From: Nitrospira sp.
Lineage (GTDB): Bacteria; Nitrospirota; Nitrospiria; Nitrospirales; Nitrospiraceae
DNA: 64,000 nucleotides
Direction of reading: 5' to 3'
NCBI GenBank assembly: GCA_019636875.1
Contig: JAHBWR010000002.1
Location: 10,277 to 74,276, forward strand
Position numbers and translations under genes: made by a program. Below the pieces are notes generated by a model. That model was not told where the DNA came from. It saw nothing but the letters and a program-made list of their open reading frames with translations, and did no database searches. Within the stretch, counting starts at the first letter, position 1, and each line of letters opens with the position of its first letter. Positions 18,758 to 28,142 of this stretch are shown here, piece after piece.

Positions 18758-20104
18758 ATGAAGATCAAGATCTTTCATGCCGTGACGATGCAGGATGCCA
18801 TGCGGGCCATCAAGGAAGAACTTGGGCCGGATGCCATCATCCTGTCATCGAAAGAGGTGCGTGAAGGGGGACGGTTGCTGCGGGTATTCAATCGGCCGGT
18901 GCTGGAAATTATGGCGGCTGCTGAACAAGAGGTACAACAGCCTACTCAGCCGAAGGAGAGCCGTCAAGTCAGCGATCGCTCCGCGGCTCCCATCGCTTCT
19001 CAACCGCCTTCGCCGGTCGCGTTGCAGACCTTTCAGCAAACGCTGCAAACCATTCTGCAGCCGAATCAGGACAAGAGCACGCCATCTGGAAACCAACCGG
19101 TTCCTCCGTCGAGACCGACGCGTGTTCAGAGAAAGAGACAGCATCAACATCACATGCGCGTGGCTGTGGCGGAGCTCACCAGATTGGTACAGGATCTCTC
19201 GCGTGACCCCATTCACACGGCTGGTCCTCCCGTATCACCGCTTCTTTATGCCATGCGCCGTCCGCTCTTGGCGCGAGGGCTGCAATCATCAACGGTTGAA
19301 CTCCTTGTCACGGACGTTCACTCGACACTTCTGCCTGAAGAAGCCTCCGACGAGGAGTCAGTACGACGCGCACTTCACCGAACCATTGCATCACGCATCC
19401 CCACCACCGGTCCCGTGTCAACTGATGAGAGACATCCCACGATCGGCATTTTCCTTGGACCAAGTGGAGCCGGGAAAACCTCCACTGTGGCGAAGCTAGC
19501 GGCCTATTATCGTTCGGAGCAACGCAAATCCGTTGCGCTGATCACCTTTGATACCTTTCGTGGCACATCGGTGGAGCAGTTGCGGCGATATGCCAAGCTT
19601 GTAGGAGTGCCGTTCGCCTGTGCCTTGTCTGCGCGTCAGGTCTCTGCAGGATTGCGTCGCCAGACCCGGTGCGATGTCGTGCTGATCGACATGCCTGGAA
19701 TCGGACCAGACGATCTCACCTTGGCCACAGAGCTGGCCTGTCTGTTACCCGAAGACTCGGTCACGACCCATGTTGTTCTTCCAGCTTTTACCGGGGTACA
19801 GGAAGCTCGTCAAATCACTGCCCGCTTCGGCAACCTCCCACGGCCGCGTCTGTTGTTTACGAAGCTGGACGAGACTGAATCTCTCGGGATGATCTTCGAA
19901 GTGTTGCAGCAGGTCCGTATGCCTCTTTCCTATTGGAGTATCGGGCGACGAGTGCCCGGGGATCTTGAGGTCGCCTCATCGGAACGTCTGGCCACGCTTC
20001 TTACGGCTTATGAAGCTGCCGATTTTCCGATGGCCAGGCGTCAATCGGTTCGAACGTCGGTCGGCACGCCTGTCATGACAGGAGTCGGAACTCACCGCGG
20101 ATAA
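18758..20104 (+). CDS. flhF: SRP-family GTPase FlhF (divergent motifs)
   Basis: IKEELGPDAIILS N-terminus; GPSGAGKT, DTFR, TKLDE, VPGDL. Confidence 0.9.
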   Translation: MKIKIFHAVTMQDAMRAIKEELGPDAIILSSKEVREGGRLLRVFNRPVLEIMAAAEQEVQQPTQPKESRQVSDRSAAPIASQPPSPVALQTFQQTLQTILQPNQDKSTPSGNQPVPPSRPTRVQRKRQHQHHMRVAVAELTRLVQDLSRDPIHTAGPPVSPLLYAMRRPLLARGLQSSTVELLVTDVHSTLLPEEASDEESVRRALHRTIASRIPTTGPVSTDERHPTIGIFLGPSGAGKTSTVAKLAAYYRSEQRKSVALITFDTFRGTSVEQLRRYAKLVGVPFACALSARQVSAGLRRQTRCDVVLIDMPGIGPDDLTLATELACLLPEDSVTTHVVLPAFTGVQEARQITARFGNLPRPRLLFTKLDETESLGMIFEVLQQVRMPLSYWSIGRRVPGDLEVASSERLATLLTAYEAADFPMARRQSVRTSVGTPVMTGVGTHRG

Positions 20105-20122
20105 CTGGCTGGAGGTCACACA

Positions 20123-20992
20123 ATGCAATTCAGAATGCGAAGGCCCACCCCTGTATCAGAAGATGCGGACGCTGTCGGTGAGTCGCCAACACGTGTCATC
20201 GCGGTGACCAGCGGGAAAGGTGGGGTGGGAAAAACTAACGTCGTAGCGAATCTTGCCGTTTCGCTCTCCAAGATGGGGAAGAAAGTCCTCATTCTGGATG
20301 CCGATCTGAGCCTCGGGAATCTTGACGTCCTCCTTGGGTTGGTTCCACGGCATACTATTGAAGATGTGCTTATCGGTTCACATACCCTGGCTGAGATCAT
20401 GCTATCAGGTCCGGCGGGCATCCATGTGCTGCCGGCCAGCTCGGGCGTCTCACGCCTGACATCGCTGACGGAAGCGCAACAGCTCATGATTCAAGAGCAG
20501 CTGGCTGACCTGGCTGCGGAGATGGATATCTTATTGATCGATACCGGTGCCGGGATCTCACCGACTGTGACGTTTTTTGCTTCGTCGGCAGACGAGACGA
20601 TGGTCATCATCTCACCTGAGCCTACTTCCCTGACCGATGCCTACGCGTTGATCAAAGTCTTGGCTCGCCAATATCGTGAGCGTCGATTCAAGGTACTCGT
20701 CAATCAAGCCAAGAGTCCGCGGGAAGCCTCAGAAGTATTTGGGAAGCTTGATGTCGCGGTCGATCGATTTCTGCATGTAGCCGTCGAATTGGTCGGCACA
20801 ATTCCTGACGACGACTACGTTCATATGGCCGTAATGCAGCAGAAGGCAGTCGCCGACATGTTTCCTGACGCACCGGCTGTCCAGGCCTTCAAACGGCTTG
20901 CTCAGCAGGTGGCGCAGTGGCCAAAACCTGGCCTTCCCAAGAGTTCCGTGCAACTTGTGTGGCAACGAACCGCGACGCATGTAGGTAACTGA
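20123..20992 (+). CDS. flhG: MinD-like ATPase FlhG/FleN
   Basis: SGKGGVGKT, DADL, DTGAG, PEPTSLTDAYALIK; flhF-flhG-fliA order. Confidence 0.93.
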   Translation: MQFRMRRPTPVSEDADAVGESPTRVIAVTSGKGGVGKTNVVANLAVSLSKMGKKVLILDADLSLGNLDVLLGLVPRHTIEDVLIGSHTLAEIMLSGPAGIHVLPASSGVSRLTSLTEAQQLMIQEQLADLAAEMDILLIDTGAGISPTVTFFASSADETMVIISPEPTSLTDAYALIKVLARQYRERRFKVLVNQAKSPREASEVFGKLDVAVDRFLHVAVELVGTIPDDDYVHMAVMQQKAVADMFPDAPAVQAFKRLAQQVAQWPKPGLPKSSVQLVWQRTATHVGN

Positions 20993-21015
20993 GAGGACCC
21001 CTCAACGGAACACCC

Positions 21016-21765
21016 ATGAGAAAGACAGCCGTATCACAGAATCGCAAATCGTTCTCAGCGCAGGGAGCGAGACGGGAAGAGCTGATCAAAGAGTTTGCGC
21101 ACGTGATTCGTGCGATGGCCCATCGGCTGGCCTTTCGACTTCCGGCGTATCTGGATGCCGAGGACTTGATTTCAGTCGGTACCATCGGGTTGATGGATGC
21201 CATGGATAAGTATGACCCAACCCGCGAGGCAAAATTCAAGACGTACGCGGAGTTTCGCATTCGCGGGGCCATGCTCGATGAAATTCGGTCGATGGATTGG
21301 ATTCCACGCTCTGTTCATGAGCGCATCGGCCTTCTCCAAAAAACACACGTCACGCTCATGAGCCGACTGGGGCGTCCTCCGCATGATGAGGAGGTGGCCG
21401 CGGAGTTGAAGATGTCGATGGAAGAACTGGATGAGTTCATCACGCGTGCCAGAGGTGCCGTCATGATTAGTGTCGATGACTTGAGTCTGCATGAGCCGGA
21501 TGGACATAAGGTCGTCAAGATGTTAGCTGATACCCATACGCCTGATCCGCTCGCGTCCTTGGTCAACGAACGGGAACGGGAAGTGATCGCCACGGCTATT
21601 CGGCAGCTTCCGGAAAAGGAGAGGTTGGTGCTCACGCTGTACTATTATGAAGAGCTCACCATGAAGGAAATCGGGGAGTTGATGAAGGTGACGGAATCAC
21701 GCGTCTGTCAAGTTCATACCAAAGCCATCATCCGCCTCAAGGCGCAGCTACAAGTGGAACGGTGA
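21016..21765 (+). CDS. fliA: Flagellar sigma factor sigma28
   Basis: RIRGAMLDEIRSMDWIPRS, LYYYEELTMKEIG, VTESRVCQ. Confidence 0.97.
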   Translation: MRKTAVSQNRKSFSAQGARREELIKEFAHVIRAMAHRLAFRLPAYLDAEDLISVGTIGLMDAMDKYDPTREAKFKTYAEFRIRGAMLDEIRSMDWIPRSVHERIGLLQKTHVTLMSRLGRPPHDEEVAAELKMSMEELDEFITRARGAVMISVDDLSLHEPDGHKVVKMLADTHTPDPLASLVNEREREVIATAIRQLPEKERLVLTLYYYEELTMKEIGELMKVTESRVCQVHTKAIIRLKAQLQVER

Positions 21766-22006
21766 TGGTGGTGTCTCTGTTTCGCGTGGTTGATCATTCG
21801 AGGACAATGTTATCCTCTTCCCCTCGTGAACTTCGTGATACCCGCCAGTCTGACTAGGAATAATTTTCACCCCACCAGGAAGAATCGGTCCTCGCTTCAT
21901 AGCGGGGTGAGTGTTGTCCGACTCGGCCGTCGTCCCTCATCGGAAATTCTCGCCTGAATTCAGCAGGTCCCGACGGCCTGAGCGAACATATTTGCAAAGA
22001 TACTCC

Positions 22007-22022
22007 TGGCACGAGGGTTGCT
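22007..22022 (+). promoter_or_regulatory. sigma54 promoter of the flgF operon
   Basis: TGGCACGAGGGTTGCT, a consensus -24/-12 match 35 bp before the flgF ATG. Confidence 0.85.
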
Positions 22023-22056
22023 GTCACTCTGTGGAAGCCACTATGGAGTTGAGTAC

Positions 22057-22827
22057 ATGAATCGAGGCATCTATCCGATTTTGTCCGGGGCGTTGGCCCA
22101 CGAGCGCCGCATGCAAGTGTTTGCCAACAATATGGCGAATGTGAACACGGCCGGTTTCAAACAGGATGAGCAGGCGTTCAAAGCGATATTCCCCCGATAT
22201 AGTGCAGTGATGCCGAGCGGTGGTCGGATGGGAAGCTTAGCGCAACAGATCATGGCCAGGCCCTTTGGGCCGACTGAACGGGCCTTTGTGGCACCCCACC
22301 AGATCAAGACGACGTTTGAAGCGGGACGCGTTCGATTGACCGGCAATCCCCTGGACATCGCCATTCAAGGCCGTGGGTTTTTTGAAGTACAGACGCCTCA
22401 GGGACCTCGGTACACCAGGAACGGGATGCTCTCTCTCGACGCTGATCGGCGGCTGGTCACCGGGTTGGGTTTCCCGGTCATGGGCACGAAGGGCGAAATC
22501 AAGATTCCAGCAGGGAAGCTGGATATTTCAGCGCAGGGAGAGATCAGAGTCGACGAGAAGCCCGTCGCAAAGATTAAGGTCATGGAATTCTCGGAAGACG
22601 AGATGCCGACGAAGTCATCGGATGGGCTCTTCTTTTCAGAAAACGGTACGGAAAGCAAGAACCCACAGATTCAGGCCGGACATATCGAAGAGTCCAACGT
22701 TAATTCGATCGGGGAGATGGTGAAGATGATTCAGGGCATGCGGAACTATGAGTCGACGCAAAAACTGATTCAGACGCTGGACCGGATGGCTGAGGTCGCC
22801 ATTCAGGATGTGGGACGCGTGCTATGA
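22057..22827 (+). CDS. flgF: Basal-body rod protein FlgF
   Basis: ANNMANVNTAGFK, TGNPLDIAIQGRGFF, YTRNG, EESNVN; precedes flgG. Confidence 0.9.
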   Translation: MNRGIYPILSGALAHERRMQVFANNMANVNTAGFKQDEQAFKAIFPRYSAVMPSGGRMGSLAQQIMARPFGPTERAFVAPHQIKTTFEAGRVRLTGNPLDIAIQGRGFFEVQTPQGPRYTRNGMLSLDADRRLVTGLGFPVMGTKGEIKIPAGKLDISAQGEIRVDEKPVAKIKVMEFSEDEMPTKSSDGLFFSENGTESKNPQIQAGHIEESNVNSIGEMVKMIQGMRNYESTQKLIQTLDRMAEVAIQDVGRVL

Positions 22828-22918
22828 GCAATGCGCTGAACAAGAGGAGTTCAACAGCCGTTGAGGTTTATGCCGTTCCGAACCTCATGTGCCATCAGGG
22901 TTGGCTTGGAGGGAAACC

Positions 22919-23710
22919 ATGATTCGTGCCATGTGGACAGCCGCAACCGGAATGACGGCTCAACAGATCAACGTCGATACGGTCGCACATAATCTCGCGA
23001 ACGTCAATACTAATTCTTTTAAAAGAAGCCGCGCAGAATTCGCCGATCTGCTGTACCAGATTCAACGACTGCCCGGTACAAATGCCTCCAATGTCGGTGT
23101 CTTCCCGGTGGGTATCCAGGTTGGAGCCGGGGTGCGACCGACGACCGTGGCGAAGGAATGGATCCAGGGGAACATGCGCCAAACAAACAATGAATTGGAT
23201 CTCGCGATCGATGGGACGGGTTTTTTTCAGGTATCCCGTCCGGACGGGACCATCATGTATACGCGCAACGGCTCCTTCAAGCGAGACAACGTCGGCAATC
23301 TTGTTACGGGCGATGGAGATCTTCTCAACCCTGTTATTACCATTCCTTCCGGTGCCCTCAAGGTGGATATTGGCCAAGATGGGACGGTCTCCGTTCTGCT
23401 TCCTGGAGTCACCCAAGCTTCGCAAGTGGGGCAAATTCAGCTGACGCGATTCGACAATCCATCGGGTTTAGTAGCCATGGGGAACAATCTCTTTATCGAT
23501 AGTTTTGCGTCCGGACCGCCGACACAGGGGACGGGCGGATTTACCACCGGATTCGGCACGATCCAGCAAGGGTTTCTGGAAAGTTCAAACGTGAATCTGG
23601 CTGAAGAAATGGTGAACATGATCATCGCGCAGCGCAGTTATGAGATCAACTCCAAGACGATTCAGGCATCGGATGAAATGATGGCCATCGCCAATAATCT
23701 GAGACGGTAA
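22919..23710 (+). CDS. flgG: Distal rod protein FlgG
   Basis: MIRAMWTAATGM, FADLLYQ, LESSNVNLAEEMV, QRSYEINSK. Confidence 0.96.
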   Translation: MIRAMWTAATGMTAQQINVDTVAHNLANVNTNSFKRSRAEFADLLYQIQRLPGTNASNVGVFPVGIQVGAGVRPTTVAKEWIQGNMRQTNNELDLAIDGTGFFQVSRPDGTIMYTRNGSFKRDNVGNLVTGDGDLLNPVITIPSGALKVDIGQDGTVSVLLPGVTQASQVGQIQLTRFDNPSGLVAMGNNLFIDSFASGPPTQGTGGFTTGFGTIQQGFLESSNVNLAEEMVNMIIAQRSYEINSKTIQASDEMMAIANNLRR

Positions 23711-23720
23711 GGAGTCGCTT

Positions 23721-24518
23721 GTGACTAGGTTCTTCATCGTGATCCTGCTCCCATTCCTGGTGGCCTTTGGGACTGAAACGGTAGCGATGGCTGGGACTCA
23801 GGCAGAAGCCCACGCAACTGCCGTAAAAAAGAGACCAACGAGTCCTGTGAAGGTCGCACCTGCTGCGGAACGCCAGAGTACCAGTGAGGTAACCGTGGAG
23901 GTACTGACTCTGGTGGTTCAGAAGTACCTTGAAAGGGAGTGGAAGCAGAAGGTGGCAACGGTCTCCGTTACGGTTCTGGAACCAGCTGAATCGGTCGTCA
24001 TTCCTGGCGACTCAGCCGACTTCCAGGTGATTCCCGGCCCTAGTGAAGAGGGCCCTGGACGCCGTATGTTTCGCGTGGCGGTCGCGAATGGCAAATCCAA
24101 AAAGACCCTTCAAGTGGTCGCGGATGTGACGGCAATGATCGATGCGGTCGTCCCCAACCGCTTTCTGAAGGCCAATGAACCGATCGATGCCGAGGATCTT
24201 AAGACGGTACGGATGCGCGTTCACCAAGTGAATCATCCCTTTCTGACGAACGAACGTGAAGTCATCGGGATGAGTGCGGCACGGCCTCTTCCGCCAGATG
24301 TTCCCTTGCGCGCCGCGTTTATCAGACCTCCGCTGGCTGTCAAAAAAGGCGACCGTGTCCTGATTGAGGTGCAGCGCGGGGGGCTGTCGATCAGAACCTA
24401 TGGCATTACCAAATCGAGCGGACAGATCGGGCAAACTATTACAGTCGCTAATTTGGATTCCGGCAGGGAACTGACGGCCAAAGTGGTTGGTCCTAGCCTC
24501 GTGCAAGTGGAGTTTTAA
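23721..24518 (+). CDS. flgA: P-ring assembly chaperone FlgA
   Basis: Signal peptide; SAF-like domain; VKKGDRV..GQTITVANLDSGR. Confidence 0.92.
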   Translation: MTRFFIVILLPFLVAFGTETVAMAGTQAEAHATAVKKRPTSPVKVAPAAERQSTSEVTVEVLTLVVQKYLEREWKQKVATVSVTVLEPAESVVIPGDSADFQVIPGPSEEGPGRRMFRVAVANGKSKKTLQVVADVTAMIDAVVPNRFLKANEPIDAEDLKTVRMRVHQVNHPFLTNEREVIGMSAARPLPPDVPLRAAFIRPPLAVKKGDRVLIEVQRGGLSIRTYGITKSSGQIGQTITVANLDSGRELTAKVVGPSLVQVEF

Positions 24519-24522
24519 CCGG

Positions 24523-25308
24523 ATGCCAACGAAGCTCAGAAGGGCCATAAAACTTGTTAGAGGGTCTGAGGCGAAGGCTCGCAAACAGGAATTGCCCATA
24601 CCTGGGAGCGGAACCTGGGTTTTTCGTCAATCGTCGATCAGTTGTCTGTGTGTGTCCGTCATCCTCTTGCTGCTGGGATGTACGAGTCCCCCGGATGTCT
24701 CGAGCAAGATTGCAGTGGCTCCTCTGCCTCCGCCGAAGACTGTGGGGTCCTTGTGGCAGGAAGAAAACGGACGGGCCTACCTCTACGAAGATCTTCGTGC
24801 CATGCGCATCGGCGATATTCTCACCGTAAAGATCGTTGAAAATCACAAGGGGTCAAAATCAGCCGATACGGCAGCGCAACGCGAATCGACGATCCAAAAT
24901 AGCCTGATCGGGACCGGCATGGGTTATATTGGAATACCAGGCATCCGTTTCAGTGATGAAACACGTCGCGGAATGGGGGTCGATGCGAGCGCCAACAGTA
25001 AATTTGGCGGAAAGGGTTCCACGAGTCGGGCTGGGACACTGACTGGAACTATCTCGGCGATTGTGACAGAGGTGCTGCCGAATGGTGATCTTCGTATTGA
25101 AGGGCGGAGAGAAGTCACTGTAAACAGTGAAAAGCAACTGATGAGTATCGGAGGAATCGTCCGTCGAGTCGATGTCGATACCAAGAATACGGTGCTCTCC
25201 TCCGCCATTGCCGATGCCAAGATCGAATATTCTGGGCTAGGTGTTCTCGACGATGTTCAGAGACCAGGCTGGTTTGTTCGCATTCTTGACTGGATCTATC
25301 CATTTTGA
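24523..25308 (+). CDS. flgH: L-ring lipoprotein FlgH
   Basis: Lipobox LLGC, DLRAMRIGDILTV, VLPNGDLRIEG, QRPGWF; start uncertain. Confidence 0.94.
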   Translation: MPTKLRRAIKLVRGSEAKARKQELPIPGSGTWVFRQSSISCLCVSVILLLLGCTSPPDVSSKIAVAPLPPPKTVGSLWQEENGRAYLYEDLRAMRIGDILTVKIVENHKGSKSADTAAQRESTIQNSLIGTGMGYIGIPGIRFSDETRRGMGVDASANSKFGGKGSTSRAGTLTGTISAIVTEVLPNGDLRIEGRREVTVNSEKQLMSIGGIVRRVDVDTKNTVLSSAIADAKIEYSGLGVLDDVQRPGWFVRILDWIYPF

Positions 25309-25588
25309 TGCAAGGAAATTCGATGCCGGCTCAAGTGAGACGAAAAGTTTGGAGAAGCAGTCTGCCAACGCGGCGTCTGCTCAGTCATGATTCTCTCCAA
25401 CTGATGGTGCAAAGTGGGGTGGTACGACGCGCTGACTCCAGTTCTCCTCACGTCAGCCTGACCCAATTCCATGTGATCGAGAATAGTGATCAGAGCTACA
25501 ACAAGGATATGGTTGTCGAGCGGGGATGGCTGTCGCGCATCGTCCTGGGACGAAGGTCGCAATCACTGTTCGTGAAACGTCCAAAAAC

Positions 25589-26746
25589 ATGATAGGTCTT
25601 TCATCTATGCGTTCACGCTGCGTATTCTTGATCGGTATGGTGGTGCTTACGGGGACACTTGTCTCTCCCTTCCCGGCCGATGCCGTGCGGATCAAAGATA
25701 TTGGGGTGATCGAGGGAGTGCGCGAGAACCAGTTGATTGGCTATGGGTTAGTGGTCGGACTCGACAGTACCGGGGACCGAGTCATCGGAGGCCAATTCAC
25801 GATCCAAGCGATGATGTCCATGTTGAATAAGATGGGAGTCAATCTTGTGATTGACCCGATCCAATTGCTGACGAGGAACATTGCGTCGGTCATGGTGACC
25901 GCCAAGCTTCCTCCGTTCTCGAAGGCCGGCATGACGCTGGACGCAGTCGTGTCGTCCATGGCCAATGCGAAAAGTCTACAAGGCGGTACGCTCTTGTTGA
26001 CGCCGTTAAAGGCTGCAAATCAGCAAGTGTTTGCCGTGGCGCAGGGACCGGTGTCCATCGGGGGATTTCTCGGAGGGACGGGCGGAGCAGGTGGCGCCAC
26101 CGTGGTCAAGAATCACCAAGCGGCTGGAGTGGTTCCTGGTGGGGCCATCATTGAAAAAGAGCTGCCTGTCGACATCGATTCCTGGGAAACGGTTTCCGTG
26201 CTTCTGCGGCGACCTGATTTTACGACTGCGATCAGGACGGCCGAGGCAATCGAAGGCGCGTTCGGGAAGGGCAGCGCCTCAGCGGTCAATGCCGGATCTG
26301 TCAGGTCGACGATCCCTCAAGCCTTCCAGGGTCGCGTCGTCGAGTACATCGCCTCAATTGAGGGGCTGGACGTGGCCGTGGATGCCGTGGCCAAGGTCGT
26401 TGTGAATGAACGGACCGGAACGGTCGTACTAGGGGAACATGTCCGGATTTCGACCTGTGCCATTTCACACGGCAATCTGACGATTTCAGTGAAGAATACG
26501 TTGAACGTATCTCAACCGTCGGCTCCGCTCATTGGTTCAGCAGCCGGTCAAACAACCGTCACTCCTGACGTTCAGACTGAAATCAAGGAGCAGGAATCGC
26601 GTCTGATTGTCGTGGATGAAACAGTGACCTTGGGTGAAGTTGTACAGGCGTTGAATGCCGTAGGCGTCACCCCTCGTGATCTTGTGGCTATCCTCTCGGC
26701 ATTGCGAGCGGCCGGATCTCTTCAGGCCAATCTAGAGATAATTTAG
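25589..26746 (+). CDS. flgI: P-ring protein FlgI
   Basis: RIKDI..GVRENQLIGYGLVVGL, KSLQGGTLL, VVVNERTGTVV. Confidence 0.96.
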   Translation: MIGLSSMRSRCVFLIGMVVLTGTLVSPFPADAVRIKDIGVIEGVRENQLIGYGLVVGLDSTGDRVIGGQFTIQAMMSMLNKMGVNLVIDPIQLLTRNIASVMVTAKLPPFSKAGMTLDAVVSSMANAKSLQGGTLLLTPLKAANQQVFAVAQGPVSIGGFLGGTGGAGGATVVKNHQAAGVVPGGAIIEKELPVDIDSWETVSVLLRRPDFTTAIRTAEAIEGAFGKGSASAVNAGSVRSTIPQAFQGRVVEYIASIEGLDVAVDAVAKVVVNERTGTVVLGEHVRISTCAISHGNLTISVKNTLNVSQPSAPLIGSAAGQTTVTPDVQTEIKEQESRLIVVDETVTLGEVVQALNAVGVTPRDLVAILSALRAAGSLQANLEII

Positions 26747-26754
26747 GTCATGGC

Positions 26755-27159
26755 ATGACTCATCCCATCAAACAGACATCCATGGATGGTGCTCAATGGG
26801 TCTCCTCACCAGCCTCCGTCTATGGAGGTTATGACGTTGGCATCCAGCCCAATCGTTTAGACAGTCGGCTGAACTCTTTGAAATTACAAGATTCCGTCGA
26901 GAGTCGTGAGCAGTTAGTGCAGGCTGGTCAGGAGTTTGAATCCTATTTTATCTCGTATTTACTGAAGGTTATGAGAGAAACGGTGCCGGAAGGCGCCCTC
27001 GCGAACAAGCAAGGCGCCTATTTTTACTCGTTCTATGACGAGGAAATCGGGAGGCGGGCGGCCGAATCTGGGGGAATTGGGATTGCCAGAATGGTACAGG
27101 AATACGCCGATAAACATTTTTCATCATCTCCTGTGAAAGACTCAAGTTCTGGTGGGTAG
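26755..27159 (+). CDS. flgJ: Rod-capping FlgJ (rod-binding domain only)
   Basis: QEFESYFISYLLKVMRETV..GGIGIARMV; no muramidase domain. Confidence 0.85.
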   Translation: MTHPIKQTSMDGAQWVSSPASVYGGYDVGIQPNRLDSRLNSLKLQDSVESREQLVQAGQEFESYFISYLLKVMRETVPEGALANKQGAYFYSFYDEEIGRRAAESGGIGIARMVQEYADKHFSSSPVKDSSSGG

Positions 27160-27169
27160 GAACCGATAG
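27142..27169 (+). promoter_or_regulatory. sigma28 promoter of flgMN(KL)
   Basis: TCAA-N16-ACCGATAG. Confidence 0.7.
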
Positions 27170-27246
27170 AGGGTACGACCGGGGTAAAGGTCGTGATGAG
27201 GGTAGGCCGGTAACATGGCCCTGGAAATATAAGAAGGAGTGAGGTT

Positions 27247-27552
27247 ATGCAGATTTCAGGTCATGGGAAAGTCGATCATCTAGCAAAGGTGTTGCTGGGG
27301 GTTCACGAGGCTGAAAGCTCAGGATCCCGACACGCAACGGCCCGTACGCAGGCAGGAAAGGATGAAGTTCAGATTTCCACCCAAGCGAAGGAGCTTCAGC
27401 GAATTCGCGAACTGGCCAATCAGCCAGACCCGGAGCGGGCTGAGCGAGTGGAGAGCATCAGGCGTTCTCTCGATGCCGGCACCTACGATGTCAGTGGTCG
27501 TGCCGTCGGTGACGCTCTTGTGAAACAGGTGCTGACCGACGCGATTCTCTAA
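27247..27552 (+). CDS. flgM: Anti-sigma28 factor FlgM
   Basis: DEVQIS..RAERVESIRRSLDAGTYDV. Confidence 0.92.
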   Translation: MQISGHGKVDHLAKVLLGVHEAESSGSRHATARTQAGKDEVQISTQAKELQRIRELANQPDPERAERVESIRRSLDAGTYDVSGRAVGDALVKQVLTDAIL

Positions 27553-27611
27553 ACTGATTCCGTTTTGTGTTCGTGCGACAGCAACGGACGGACTTCCGTT
27601 CTGGCCTATGG

Positions 27612-28136
27612 ATGGGCAGGTTGTCGATCGTGAAAGACTCACGCCTTCTCGAACAGGTACTTCATCTCCTCAGCCGTGAATCCGCGCAATGTGACCTCCT
27701 GGCACACAATATTCTCCAAGAGCGTGATGCCATTAAGCGTATGGCCCTTCACGAATTTATCGCCATCAATCAAACTCGGATTTCAATCCTCGAGTGCCTG
27801 AGCGGATTGAAAGAAGAGTTTGACGAGTTAGTGCGAGATCTCTCCGCCGCTCATGGGCTACCGGACACGGGGCGAACCTTACCGGACATTCTGCAAAGCA
27901 TTAAGAGTGCACAGGCTCTTGCCGGCTTGGAATTGTATGAACGACTCGCTGATCGAGTTCGAACCGTCCAACGGGATATTTCAGTCAACCAGCTGCTCGT
28001 GAAGAACATTCAGTCGTTTATCGTACGGGCTTTGGAGGCTCATCGGCAGACTGCTCCAGAAAGTGATGTCTATTCGATATCGGGTGGTCGGAGCTCCACC
28101 GGCACGCCTGCGTCGTTGATCAGGTGTAAGGGGTGA
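27612..28136 (+). CDS. flgN: Export chaperone FlgN
   Basis: Helical protein between flgM and flgK; VNQLLV and C-terminal YSISG; start uncertain (27567-27630). Confidence 0.78.
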   Translation: MGRLSIVKDSRLLEQVLHLLSRESAQCDLLAHNILQERDAIKRMALHEFIAINQTRISILECLSGLKEEFDELVRDLSAAHGLPDTGRTLPDILQSIKSAQALAGLELYERLADRVRTVQRDISVNQLLVKNIQSFIVRALEAHRQTAPESDVYSISGGRSSTGTPASLIRCKG

Positions 28137-28142
28137 TGATCG

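Noticed and set aside
22850-22887. Small inverted repeats between flgF and flgG (TGAGGTT/AACCTCA)
   Set aside because: Short stem with a large loop; could arise by chance
26755-27159. FlgJ lacking a muramidase domain as a pseudogene
   Set aside because: Single-domain FlgJ is common outside beta/gamma-proteobacteria and the ORF is intact
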